Shown here: one piece after another, positions 23,301 to 30,941 of the stretch
Layout: each line of letters begins with the position of its first letter
Numbering within the stretch: position 1 is the stretch's first letter
Source of the DNA: Elusimicrobiota bacterium
GTDB lineage: Bacteria > Elusimicrobiota > Elusimicrobia > UBA1565 > UBA9628
Length of the DNA: 64,000 nucleotides
Direction: 5' to 3'
NCBI GenBank assembly: GCA_016191335.1
Contig: JACPOW010000001.1
Span: 1,035 to 65,034 of the forward strand
The notes under the pieces: generated by a model
What the model was told of the DNA's origin: nothing
What the model saw: the letters and a program-made list of their open reading frames with translations, nothing else
Databases searched by the model: none
Made by a program: the position numbers and the translations under genes

Positions 23301-24923
23301 GGCGTCGGCGGATCCGACGCGGTAGTGGTAGAGGGTCCCGGTGGAGAGCCCGCTCAGGAACGCGTCGTGGACGGCGACGGTGGACGGGTCGGGCGCCGTG
23401 AGACCGCCGTAGGCCGTGCTCGTGCCGTACTCGACCCGGGAGGTCGCGGGCTCGCCGGTGACCCAGGCGATGGCCGCGTAGTCGATGCCCACGGCCGTGA
23501 CGGCCGCCGAACCGATGAGCGGCGGCGTGTTGTCCACCGTGACGGAAACGGCCGCGGCGGTCGAGGCGTTGCCCGCCGTGTCCCACGCCACCGCGCCCAG
23601 GCTGTGGAGCCCGTCGCTCGACAGCGCGGTGTTCCAGTCGAGCCCGTAGGGCGCGACGGCGTCGGGGGGCCCCAGGTCCTCGCCGTCGAGCCGGAACTGA
23701 ACCGTCGCCACGGCGACGCCGTCGAACGCCGCCGCGGCCACCGCGACGGATCCCGCGATCGTCGCCCCTCCGGCGGGCGATGAGATCGCCACCGTCGGCG
23801 GCGTGAGGTCAGGAGCGACGAGGGTCGAGAAGGAGGAGTCGCCCGAGACGGCGAGGTTTCCCGCGGCGTCGGCCGAGCGGACCCGGTAATGATACGGCGT
23901 CCCGGCGGCGAGCCCGGTCAAGAGCCGGACGTGGCTGGTGACGGTCGACGCGTCGAGCGCCGTGAGGCTCCCGTAGGCGGTGCTCGTGCCGTACTCGACC
24001 TGAGAGCTCGAGGGCTCGTTCGTGAACCACGACACCGCGGCCGAGCTCGAGCCTATGCCCCCGACGGCGGCCGAGCTGATGACGGGTGAAGTGTTGTCCA
24101 CCGTGACGGAGACGGCCGCGGAGGTCGAGGCGTTGCCCGCCGCGTCCCACGCCACGGCGCTCAGGCTGTGCGCGCCGTCGCTCGACAGGACGGTGTTCCA
24201 GCTCGCCGCGTAGGGCGCCAGGAGGTCCGGCGGGCCGAGGGCGGCGCCGTCGAGCTTGAACTGGACCGTCGTCACGGCCACGTTGTCCGAGGCCGCCGCC
24301 TGGACCGTGCGCAGGCCCCGCACCACCGCGCCGCCCGTGGGGGACGAGATGGTCACCGTGGGCGGAACGCCATCGGGGCCGGACGCCGTGAATACGACGT
24401 CGACCCAGTAGTTGCTGGACCGCGTGCCGCGGTTCGGGAAGGCCGCGGCGCTCGAGTAGACGTATAAGCCGTTGACCCCGTCGAGCCCGTCCCGCAGGGC
24501 GTGCAGCGGCGGATTGTCGATCCCCGCGGCGGAGAAGGTGAGCCGAGTGACCGCGTAGACCGCCGCGGTATGATAGGAAGCGACGTAGGTCGTCCCGGCC
24601 TGGATCGCGATGGGAGACGCGAAGCTCGCCGACTGCCAGCCCGTCGCGGTCTCCCCCGTGAAGGTCACGGAGCCGAGGAGAGCGCCCGTGTTCGTCCAGA
24701 GATGACCCGTGTGCGCGCCGGTGTTCCCCGCGGTCTTATAGAAGCGCAGGCCCGTGATCTGGCCCGCCGAGTCCGCGCGGAAGCGCACGCCGAGCTCGAC
24801 GGAACGGGAGTTGGGGCTGGAATCGCCCGCGGCGGGCAGCTGGGTCGTGAAAATGGACGCCGCGCGAGCCGTACCGGTCAGGAACAGCGCGGACAGAAGG
24901 AGCGGCAGGAAACGGATGGACAC
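20367..24923 (-). CDS. 1518-aa secreted multidomain protein: DUF4082-like, three Ig-like/FN3-like modules, ConA/LamG-like domains, T9SS-type C-terminal sorting domain
   Basis: GTG start and signal peptide MSIRFLPLLLSALFLTGTARA. The C-terminal ~95 aa (YAFPNPSRRGERVTIRL...VDVDIFDLSGRRV...HWDVRG...AVYLYSVNA...GKVALIK) fit the T9SS type-A/FlgD-Ig-like CTD pattern. Confidence 0.85.
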   Translation of the reverse strand: MSIRFLPLLLSALFLTGTARAASIFTTQLPAAGDSSPNSRSVELGVRFRADSAGQITGLRFYKTAGNTGAHTGHLWTNTGALLGSVTFTGETATGWQSASFASPIAIQAGTTYVASYHTAAVYAVTRLTFSAAGIDNPPLHALRDGLDGVNGLYVYSSAAAFPNRGTRSSNYWVDVVFTASGPDGVPPTVTISSPTGGAVVRGLRTVQAAASDNVAVTTVQFKLDGAALGPPDLLAPYAASWNTVLSSDGAHSLSAVAWDAAGNASTSAAVSVTVDNTSPVISSAAVGGIGSSSAAVSWFTNEPSSSQVEYGTSTAYGSLTALDASTVTSHVRLLTGLAAGTPYHYRVRSADAAGNLAVSGDSSFSTLVAPDLTPPTVAISSPAGGATIAGSVAVAAAAFDGVAVATVQFRLDGEDLGPPDAVAPYGLDWNTALSSDGLHSLGAVAWDTAGNASTAAAVSVTVDNTPPLIGSAAVTAVGIDYAAIAWVTGEPATSRVEYGTSTAYGGLTAPDPSTVAVHDAFLSGLSTGTLYHYRVGSADALGNLAVSADATFTTAPSSPAVSFFDDFSSYTPDVCLVDGAVFGPWTSVFNGYGCTSVRTDGGRSWLEESPFASASSSETHAALVSGLSFASPMTLSADLRTTAQLRTGSPPNPWEAAWVVWDYADNAHFYYFIPKPDGWELGKADPAYPGGQRFLTTGSSPVFPIGGAYHVKIAQRQNVLSAFVDGVLITTFTDAQRPYTSGRISLYTEDASARFTNVAVNVATPTVSVLSPQDGAVLAGTVAVTAAAFDDVAVATVQFRLDGANLGPPDAAAPYAAVWDTAVSSEGGHSLTALAWDADGNASTSAAVAVTVDHTAPVISSVVVADLGISSAALAWVTDEPSTSRVDYGTSAAYGSSTAPDASTSTVHTRSVGGLSAGTLYHYRVGSADAAGNLAFSGDGTFTTSPSGAGCLTSAGAWRNEAIPPQVSSFTVSFDVTPSSAGMESSVGLSGGAAGSLSALAAGVRFNSQGFIDVRYSTAYARMSTVAYSTGTSYRFDLRVNASAHIFDVYVTSPGAPRVLLARNYTFRSNHSTATVLDNLGFLASPGAATMCNLTVAASTVPWWDGIRELYATAGGSKTWYSSWDNGINRSFGFARDPIDPWFDAAHGTANYLIDAASGVFKISGSAPRMYIHHPEFVKGSSSMTVANSHAKQWHDVEMTVYAMRVADSNVAYAGIDGAARTNHGTTGSETAQLCDTRGVGARIRYDGHVDFYKETRHPTSYAVNNTTTTFWPVSASMPFNVWIGHKYVVYDLPDGNVMVEHYMDMTDGAGGGSWFLVNRFEDNGSAWGDGTPCAAGVNPQERLTNGSGRPGSESGLPNATVYFRSDGVGTNGLLYKKMSVREIVAPAGGAGPLAAVGAGTGSGAAPAAAEEAFLFRDLYAFPNPSRRGERVTIRLQAGVADEVDVDIFDLSGRRVNGGSLAGPVLLDDGNGKGAQYTYDYHWDVRGAASAVYLYSVNARKQGRPAIGRTGKVALIK
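22068..24377 (-). repeat. three ~190-codon paralogous coding modules inside the cargo gene
   Basis: Copies at about 23814-24377, 23244-23813 and 22068-22628. Each encodes ...SSP.GGA...VQF.LDG..LGPPD..APY...W.T..SS.G.HSL.A.AWD..GNAST.AAV.VTVD.T.P, then ...V.YGTS.AYG..TA.D.ST...H......GL..GT.YHYRV.SADA.GNLA.S.D..F.T. Confidence 0.8.
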
Positions 24924-25011
24924 GCCGCGGAGTCTAGGATTTCACCCCGCGCCCGCCCATAGCAGGGCGGCAACAAAAATAAGTCGGCGAGCAATCCGGC
25001 CTACGCCGGTT

Positions 25012-25458
25012 CTACTTGGCGGCCCAGTCGACGGGGATCACGAACACGTTCTTGACGACGGTGGAGCCGCCGCCGTTGGGGACGGTCACCTTGTCGATGC
25101 CGACGCCCTTGTAGAACACCTTGTGGTGCCCCCAGATCCCGAGGTTCACGCCCTCGCCGCCGCGGCGCAGGACCAAGGTCGTCGCGCCGTTGTCGCCGCC
25201 CGCGTTCGTCACGGCGACGACGGAGAACGCCCCGTCCGCGCTGGCGTAGGTCCGGTTCTCCTGCCCCTCGCGGTCCACGGAGCAGCCCGCGTACTTCAGG
25301 TCGGCGGTGCGCGCCGCGTCGGGAACGGTGTAGTCGCTGAGCCACAGGCCGAAAGTGATCTTCTCCCAGGCCGAGGTCATCTCGTTGCGCTGGCAGGCGG
25401 CGGTTTGGGCCGAGGCGGGGACGGACAGGACGGCGGCGAGCAGGGCGGCGATGATCAT
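25012..25458 (-). CDS. secreted hypothetical protein
   Basis: 148 aa. Signal peptide MIIAALLAAVLSVPASA. TATAAT and a GGAGGT Shine-Dalgarno upstream on the minus strand. Confidence 0.65.
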   Translation of the reverse strand: MIIAALLAAVLSVPASAQTAACQRNEMTSAWEKITFGLWLSDYTVPDAARTADLKYAGCSVDREGQENRTYASADGAFSVVAVTNAGGDNGATTLVLRRGGEGVNLGIWGHHKVFYKGVGIDKVTVPNGGGSTVVKNVFVIPVDWAAK

Positions 25459-25551
25459 GAACGGGTACCTCCGGGCCGGAATAGCCCTGTGGTTATTATA
25501 ACCCGAATCGGCCTCGCCGCATGGGCCGAAAGGCCCTGACCACTTAGGTGA

Positions 25552-25977
25552 CTATTTGTCCTTGATGGAGGACTTCTTGTCGAGCCAGACGCCGAGGATG
25601 GCGTGGGTCCGCTTGGCGATGCCGAGCTCGTTCTCGTAGTCCTCGAGGAACTTCACGAAGGCCTTGTTCTCCTCGGGGGTGTGCGAGCCCTTGGTGTAGG
25701 CGCGGTAGTAGGACTGGCCGTTCTCGAAGTACTCGACGCGCACGGCCAGGTCGCGGGCGACCTCGCCGGCGGTGTCGAGCGTGCCCTTCGGCCGCGCGGG
25801 GACGGCCGGCGGGAGGAGAGGCGCGGGCTTCGTCTCGACGGCTATGACGGAAACGTTCGCCGCCGGTGCGGCGGACGTCGACGCGATGACCGCGGCGCCC
25901 GGCATGCCGGGCAGCGGCGGGAGCTCGGCGGCGCGGACGGACGGGACGGCCAGCAGGAGGAAAAGGGTCGTGATCAT
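25552..25977 (-). CDS. secreted hypothetical protein
   Basis: 141 aa. Signal peptide MITTLFLLLAVPSVRA, a Pro/Ala linker, then a small C-terminal domain. Confidence 0.6.
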   Translation of the reverse strand: MITTLFLLLAVPSVRAAELPPLPGMPGAAVIASTSAAPAANVSVIAVETKPAPLLPPAVPARPKGTLDTAGEVARDLAVRVEYFENGQSYYRAYTKGSHTPEENKAFVKFLEDYENELGIAKRTHAILGVWLDKKSSIKDK

Positions 25978-26072
25978 CCCCGAATCCTACCATTCGCGCG
26001 ACGACGGCGGCCATCACTTGACGGGGACGCGGAAACACTTTTCACGCGAAAATTTTTTACCGTGGGTGGGTC

Positions 26073-26100
26073 TTGACGCCGGGGGTTTCGGGGCTATACT
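26073..26100 (+). promoter_or_regulatory. near-consensus sigma70-type promoter TTGACG-N16-TATACT with no downstream CDS
   Basis: Sequence cTTGACGccgggggtttcggggcTATACTcatcgca. The next recognisable plus-strand gene is 2.8 kb away. Confidence 0.6.
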
Positions 26101-26106
26101 CATCGC

Positions 26107-26346
26107 ATACCCGCTCCGAAACCGGTGTGCAGTCGGTGCCGCGAAGTGGACGCCGAGTTGAGGCCGAGGCCGTAACCGGCGATGAAGTGAGTGGCAGTCG
26201 GAGCGCAGTCGCAAGCCGTAGTATCGGGCGCGTCGTCGCGGGAGTTCCCGTCGAGACGCGAGGGTGCGCCCGGCGTTACGGGTTCGGGGCGGGTTCTGTG
26301 AGGCGCCGAGGCGGTCCCCTAGTGGACGCCGGTCTCGGCGCCTCCT
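26107..26346 (+). ncRNA. candidate structured small RNA (~240 nt); 6S-like rod is one possibility, identity unknown
   Basis: Bounded by the promoter and a strong hairpin. 26109-26120 (ACCCGCUCCGAA) pairs 12/12 (one G-U) with 26283-26294, then an A.G mismatch and 3 more bp. This encloses ~187 nt. The overlapping 91-aa ORF starts inside the -35 box. Confidence 0.5.
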
Positions 26347-26354
26347 AATTTATA
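26300..26354 (+). terminator. long GC hairpin followed by a short T-rich tail; probably a bidirectional stop for the sRNA and the convergent S41 gene
   Basis: GAGGCGCCGAG (26300-26310) pairs perfectly with CTCGGCGCCTC (26334-26344). Followed by CTAATTTATA. Confidence 0.55.
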
Positions 26355-26366
26355 CCCCGCCGGCCG

Positions 26367-28745
26367 CTACGGCTTCGCGGGCGCCGCGGGCGCCGGAGCC
26401 GAAGGCTCCAGCATCCCGGCCAGGGCCTTCAGGATCTTCCAGCGGTACTCGGCGAACCCCGTGCGCAGGTCCTTGGCGGTGATCTCGTAAGGGATGTCGG
26501 GGGTCACGCCCAGGTTCTCGATGGGCTGGCCGTTGGGCCGCTCGGCGAGGCTGCCGGTCGCGGAGAGATGGTCGATGCCGAACTGGTCGACGGAGTAGGC
26601 GTTGACGATGCCGCCCGCGCCCGCGGTGCGCACGCCGAGGATGGTGGCGCGCTTGTTGTCCTGCATGATCGCGGGGAAGAAGTCTCCGCCGGAGAAGTCC
26701 AGCGCGTTGGTCAGCAGGAGGATGGGCTTGGTGTAGCGCTCCTCCGCCTTCGGCGCGGGGTCGATGTCGGCCACGCCCTTGACGTGGATCAGGTCCGTGA
26801 AGCGGCTGCCCGCGTTGAACGCCTTGAGGATGAACTGGGCGGACTGGACCATCAGGGCCATGAACTTGCCGTCGACGGGGTAGCCCCCGGCGTTCGGCGG
26901 CTCCTCCTCCTCGCCCGCCTTCGTCTTCTTCTTCTTCTCCTTGAGCTTGGAGGCTCCGCCCTGCTGCTGGCGCATGAGCTGGAGCAGGAAGTCCGCCGAC
27001 TCGTGCGCGTCGGACTCGCCGATGATGAGGCGGTGGCGCGGCGTGACCAGCGGCTTGTCGGTCAGGTGCGAGGCGAGGGCGTAGAGGTAGAACACGCTGC
27101 CGCCGGGGTTGCTCACCTGGTCGATGACCAGCGCCTCGGTCTCGGCCTGGAACTTGGCGATGATCTTGGCGAACTCCTGGACCTCGGCGTAGTCGCCGTC
27201 GTAGGCGGCGATGCGGATGTAGCCCTTCTTCTTGCCGTCCTTCGTCTCGAAGATGTAGGCGTCGAAGTGGCTGTCCTCGTCGCTGCGCCACAGGATCTTC
27301 CCGAGGCGGGGCACGAAGCTCTTGCGGGCGCCGATCATGAACGGGTTGTCGGCGGCCTCGGAGCGCATGCTCGAGAAGAGGTCGATGAGGGGGTGCACCG
27401 CGGCGACGATGGCCTTGCCCACGGAGCTGAAGAAGCCGGCGCGGACCGGGCCGGAACGCCCGGCGGCGGCGCCGCCGATCAGGCCTTCGGGCTCGAGCAT
27501 GCCGGCGTTGCGCAGCGGCACGTCCTGGGCGAGGAGCTCGGGGGTGTAGTCCCACGGCAGGACGACCTTGTAGAACTCGCCCTTGCTGCGGATGACGATC
27601 TCCGCGCCGCCCCGGGGGATGTCGTTGTCGCCGCGCGCGCGCCGGCGGTTGGTCAGGAACATCTCGGCCATGCGCTGGTCGGTCTGGGCCGTGTTGCCCG
27701 TCATGCGGCCGGCGATCTCCGCGACGGCCTCGGCGGTCGGCTTGCCCTCGAACGCGACGAGCTCGTCGCCCATCTTGAACGGGAAGACCTCGAGCGGGAG
27801 CTTCTCCCGGTCGATGTAGGTCAGGTAGTAGCGGCCCTCGGCGCCGGCGACGGAGAAGGGGAGCTTGGAGCTCTCGGTGGAGTGGAAGGAGATGCTGACG
27901 TGGTAGTCGCGCATCGACGCGACCAGCTTCGCCAGGAGGTCCTGGAACTCGCGGGTCGTGATGGCGGGGTTCGCCAGGATGGCGGCCTTGGCCGTGTCGT
28001 ACTCGCGCTTCAGGTCGAGCTGGAAGCGGTCCTTCTTCATGTCGAGGGGCGCGTACTGCTCGGCGAAGATCGAGGCGACCTGGTACAGCGAGGCGAGCAT
28101 CCGCTGCTGCGTCTGCGCGGCGTCGGAGGCCTTGGCCGGCGCGAAGGAGGGGCGCAGGCCGTTGGAGCGGAAGGTGCGTCCGCCGCGGGCGCTCAGGTCC
28201 GACGAGGCGAAGGCGTGGACGTCGGCGTCGGAGGCCTTGGAGCCGTCGAAGATGCGGCCGATGTTGACGACCTCGACCGCGGAGACGCGGGAGGCGGACT
28301 CGCCGGCGATGGCCGAGAGGGAGGCGAGCGGCGTCGCGGTCTCCGTCGCCTCGGCCTTGGCGGACGCGTTCGCCGGCGTGACGGCGGGCGTCGCGGCGGG
28401 CGTCACGGCGGCGGCGCGGGCGGCGGACGGGACGGACGCGGGCTTCGCGGCGGCCGGCGCGGAGAGGGAGGCGGCGAGGGCGGAGGGCGCGGCGGCCGGG
28501 GCCGACAGGACGGGGGCGGCGGAGAGGAGGCCCAGCGAGTTGACGGACAGCGAGGGGATCGCGGAGACGCCGGCGTTGACGCCCGTCACGGAGGCCGCGG
28601 CGGAGGCGCCGGCGGCGGAGACGCCGGGGGTGACCCGCGCGTTGTAGGTCTGGGACCAGGCCGCGCTGCCCGGAAGGCTGAGCCCGATCGCCAAGATCAG
28701 GGTCACGGCCAGGGATTTCTTCGCGGCGGGTCGTTCAACGATCAC
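26367..28745 (-). CDS. CPAF-like S41-family serine protease with a ~200-aa Ala/Ser/Pro-rich N-terminal region
   Basis: 792 aa. Blocks recalled from Chlamydia CPAF are matched: RDYHVSISFHSTESSKLPFSV, EFAKIIAKFQAETEALVIDQVSNPGGSVFYLYALASHLTDKPL, LDFSGGDFFPAIMQDNKRATILGVRTAGAGG and IENLGVTPDI. This places the His/Ser/Glu catalytic residues. Confidence 0.75.
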   Translation of the reverse strand: MIVERPAAKKSLAVTLILAIGLSLPGSAAWSQTYNARVTPGVSAAGASAAASVTGVNAGVSAIPSLSVNSLGLLSAAPVLSAPAAAPSALAASLSAPAAAKPASVPSAARAAAVTPAATPAVTPANASAKAEATETATPLASLSAIAGESASRVSAVEVVNIGRIFDGSKASDADVHAFASSDLSARGGRTFRSNGLRPSFAPAKASDAAQTQQRMLASLYQVASIFAEQYAPLDMKKDRFQLDLKREYDTAKAAILANPAITTREFQDLLAKLVASMRDYHVSISFHSTESSKLPFSVAGAEGRYYLTYIDREKLPLEVFPFKMGDELVAFEGKPTAEAVAEIAGRMTGNTAQTDQRMAEMFLTNRRRARGDNDIPRGGAEIVIRSKGEFYKVVLPWDYTPELLAQDVPLRNAGMLEPEGLIGGAAAGRSGPVRAGFFSSVGKAIVAAVHPLIDLFSSMRSEAADNPFMIGARKSFVPRLGKILWRSDEDSHFDAYIFETKDGKKKGYIRIAAYDGDYAEVQEFAKIIAKFQAETEALVIDQVSNPGGSVFYLYALASHLTDKPLVTPRHRLIIGESDAHESADFLLQLMRQQQGGASKLKEKKKKTKAGEEEEPPNAGGYPVDGKFMALMVQSAQFILKAFNAGSRFTDLIHVKGVADIDPAPKAEERYTKPILLLTNALDFSGGDFFPAIMQDNKRATILGVRTAGAGGIVNAYSVDQFGIDHLSATGSLAERPNGQPIENLGVTPDIPYEITAKDLRTGFAEYRWKILKALAGMLEPSAPAPAAPAKP

Positions 28746-28949
28746 TTGAGCCTCCTGCGGCCACTGCTGTTTCGATAACGGGATTATGCGCCAATAGCGC
28801 TTTCAAGGGGTGAGCAAGAGGGCCAATAGACCCACGGCAATGGGCCCACGCGAGTTTGGGCCCTCTGGTCTTACAAAAGCACCTATCGGCCCCCCGTCGG
28901 CGGACGGGAAAACCCTTTGGCTCCTCTGTTGCATGGATATGTAGGCGTT

Positions 28950-29522
28950 ATGTTAGAGATACGCTTTCACGGCCGCGGCGGCCAAGGGACGGTCCTCGCC
29001 GCCAAGATCATCGCCGACGCGGTCCTGCGCCAGGGCGAGAAGCAGTGCCTGGCGATCCCGGAGTTCGGCGTCGAGCGCCGCGGCGCGCCGGTCATGGCCT
29101 ACGCCCGCGTCAGCGACCAGCCCATCCTCGCGCGCACCAAGATCTACGCGCCGGACGCCCTGGTCGTCCTCGACCCCACCCTATATACGTCCGACATCCT
29201 GAAAGGGATCAAGCCCGGCGGCACGGTCCTGACCAACAGCGACCCCGCCGACATCCCGAAGCTCTCCGCCCGCGCGCCGGGCCTCAAGTTCATCGCCGTC
29301 CCCGCGCACAATATCGCGCTCGAGCTCAAGCTCGGCTCCGCCTCGAGCCCGATCGTCAACACCGCGATGTGCGGCGCCGCCTGCGCCGTGTTCGGCCTGT
29401 GCGGCCTCGACGCGCTGCTCGAGTGCGTCCGCGAGGCCGTGCCGGTCAAGGCCGACGCCAACGTCGAGGCCGCGCGCCGCGCCTTCGAAGCCGCCCGGGA
29501 GGTCCTGCATGCCTCTGCTTGA
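28950..29522 (+). CDS. 2-oxoacid:ferredoxin oxidoreductase, gamma subunit
   Basis: 190 aa from ATG 28950. MLEIRFHGRGGQGTVLAAKII is the typical gamma-subunit N-terminus. Confidence 0.85.
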   Translation: MLEIRFHGRGGQGTVLAAKIIADAVLRQGEKQCLAIPEFGVERRGAPVMAYARVSDQPILARTKIYAPDALVVLDPTLYTSDILKGIKPGGTVLTNSDPADIPKLSARAPGLKFIAVPAHNIALELKLGSASSPIVNTAMCGAACAVFGLCGLDALLECVREAVPVKADANVEAARRAFEAAREVLHASA

Positions 29523-29790
29523 CGAAGACCCCAGAGCCTACCCGCGCGTGATGATCGCGTCGCGCTCGATGGACGAGAACCACACGGGCAACTGGCGCAC
29601 CTTGCGCCCCGTCATCGACGCGAAGGCCTGCACCGGCTGCAACATCTGCTGGAAGCAGTGCCCCGAGGCCTGCGTGGACCTGACCGACAAGGTCCCGAGC
29701 ATCGACATGGATTACTGCAAGGGCTGCGGCATCTGCGTGGCCGAGTGCCCGGCCCACTGCGTGCATTTCGTCCCCGAGAGCGCGTCATGA
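29509..29790 (+). CDS. 2-oxoacid:ferredoxin oxidoreductase, delta subunit (2x[4Fe-4S] ferredoxin)
   Basis: 93 aa with CTGCNICWKQCP and CKGCGICVAECP cluster motifs. Confidence 0.85.
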   Translation: MPLLDEDPRAYPRVMIASRSMDENHTGNWRTLRPVIDAKACTGCNICWKQCPEACVDLTDKVPSIDMDYCKGCGICVAECPAHCVHFVPESAS

Positions 29791-30941
29791 AGAAAGTCCT
29801 CAGCGGAAACCACGCCGCGGCGCTGGCCGCGCAGCTCGCCCGGACCCAGGTCTCCGTCGGCTATCCGATCACGCCGGCCACCCAGGTCTTCGAGGCTCTA
29901 GCGGAAATGAAGTCCAAAGGTGAATTCCCCGGGGAGTTCATCGCCGCGGAGTCCGAGCACTCGGTCATGGCCGCGCTGCTCGGCGCCTCCACCGCCGGGG
30001 CGCGCACCTTCACCGCGACCTCCTCGCACGGCCTGGCCTACATGCACGAGGTCCTGCACTGGGTCGCCGGAGCGCGCCTGCCCATCGTGATGATCGACGT
30101 CAACCGGGCCCTCGCCGCGCCGTGGAACCTGTGGACCGACCAGACCGACTCCCTCTCCCAGCGCGACACCGGCTGGATGCAGACCTACTGCTCGACCAAC
30201 CAGGAAGTCCTCGACACAGTGCTGATGTCGTTCAAGATCGCCGAGCGCGTGATGCTGCCCTCGATGGTGGTGCTCGACGGCTTCACTTTGTCTCACAGCT
30301 ACGAGCCGGTCGACGTCCCGGCCCAGGCGGACGTCGACGCGTTCCTGCCCCCCTTCCGCCCGGAGCTGAAGCTCGACTGCGACCAGCCGATCACCTTCGG
30401 CTCGCTCACCCAGCCCAAGGACTACCTGCGCCTGCGCCGCCGCATGGCCGCGGACATGGCCGAGGCCGAGGACGCCATCGAGGAGGTCGGGCGCGAGTTC
30501 GGCGAGATGTTCGGCCGCTCCTACGGCCAGCTCGACCCCTATCTCTGCGAGGACGCCGAGACCATCCTCGTGACGAGCGGGGCCGTCGGCTCCACCGCGC
30601 GCGCCGCCGTCGACGCGCTGCGCGCCAAGGGCCTCAAGGCCGGCAACCTGCGCCTGCGCGCCTTCCGGCCGTTCCCGGCCAAGGCCCTGCGCGCCTTCGT
30701 GCGTCCGGGCATGAAGCTCGCGGTCGTCGACCGCAACTACTCCCCCGGCATGGGCGGCATCTTCGCCCAGGAGATCAAGGCCGCGCTGTACCCGCGCCCC
30801 GGCGTCTCCGTGCACGGCTACGTGACCGGCCTCGGAGGCGGCGACATCACCGTCGAGCTGCTCCAGGAGGTCTGGGAGCGGGTCGACGAGTCTCCCGTGG
30901 CCGAGGTCCCCGCCGCGACCTGGGTGGAGGACGCCCGATGA
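29787..30941 (+). CDS. 2-oxoacid:ferredoxin oxidoreductase, alpha subunit
   Basis: 384 aa from ATG 29787 (ATGA overlap). N-terminus MKKVLSGNHAAALAAQLARTQVSVGYPITPAT. Confidence 0.85.
   Translation: MKKVLSGNHAAALAAQLARTQVSVGYPITPATQVFEALAEMKSKGEFPGEFIAAESEHSVMAALLGASTAGARTFTATSSHGLAYMHEVLHWVAGARLPIVMIDVNRALAAPWNLWTDQTDSLSQRDTGWMQTYCSTNQEVLDTVLMSFKIAERVMLPSMVVLDGFTLSHSYEPVDVPAQADVDAFLPPFRPELKLDCDQPITFGSLTQPKDYLRLRRRMAADMAEAEDAIEEVGREFGEMFGRSYGQLDPYLCEDAETILVTSGAVGSTARAAVDALRAKGLKAGNLRLRAFRPFPAKALRAFVRPGMKLAVVDRNYSPGMGGIFAQEIKAALYPRPGVSVHGYVTGLGGGDITVELLQEVWERVDESPVAEVPAATWVEDAR

Noticed and set aside
26073-26348. 91-aa ORF in the 25978-26366 gap as a protein-coding gene
   Set aside because: Its first codon is the TTG of the -35 hexamer and it has no Shine-Dalgarno. 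Its product is Arg/Gly-rich and its end lies inside the terminator hairpin. The promoter/hairpin/closing-stem layout favours an RNA product.
26041-26366. tmRNA, RNase P RNA or SRP RNA identity for the candidate ncRNA (either strand)
   Set aside because: It has no GGGGCUGA...UCCACCA acceptor or T-arm and no Ala-rich tag ending in LAA, so it is not a tmRNA. On the minus strand ACAGAACCCGCC resembles the RNase P P4 3' strand, but the GAGGAAAGUCCGGGC partner is absent and the length is too short. No GGAA-tetraloop/AGCA SRP domain IV motif is present.
28380-28660. GC-rich short tandem repeats (also 59000-59420) as a possible CRISPR or VNTR array
   Set aside because: They are in frame and encode Ala/Pro/Ser/Thr low-complexity linkers of the S41 and CPBP-HtrA proteins. 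There is no repeat-spacer periodicity.
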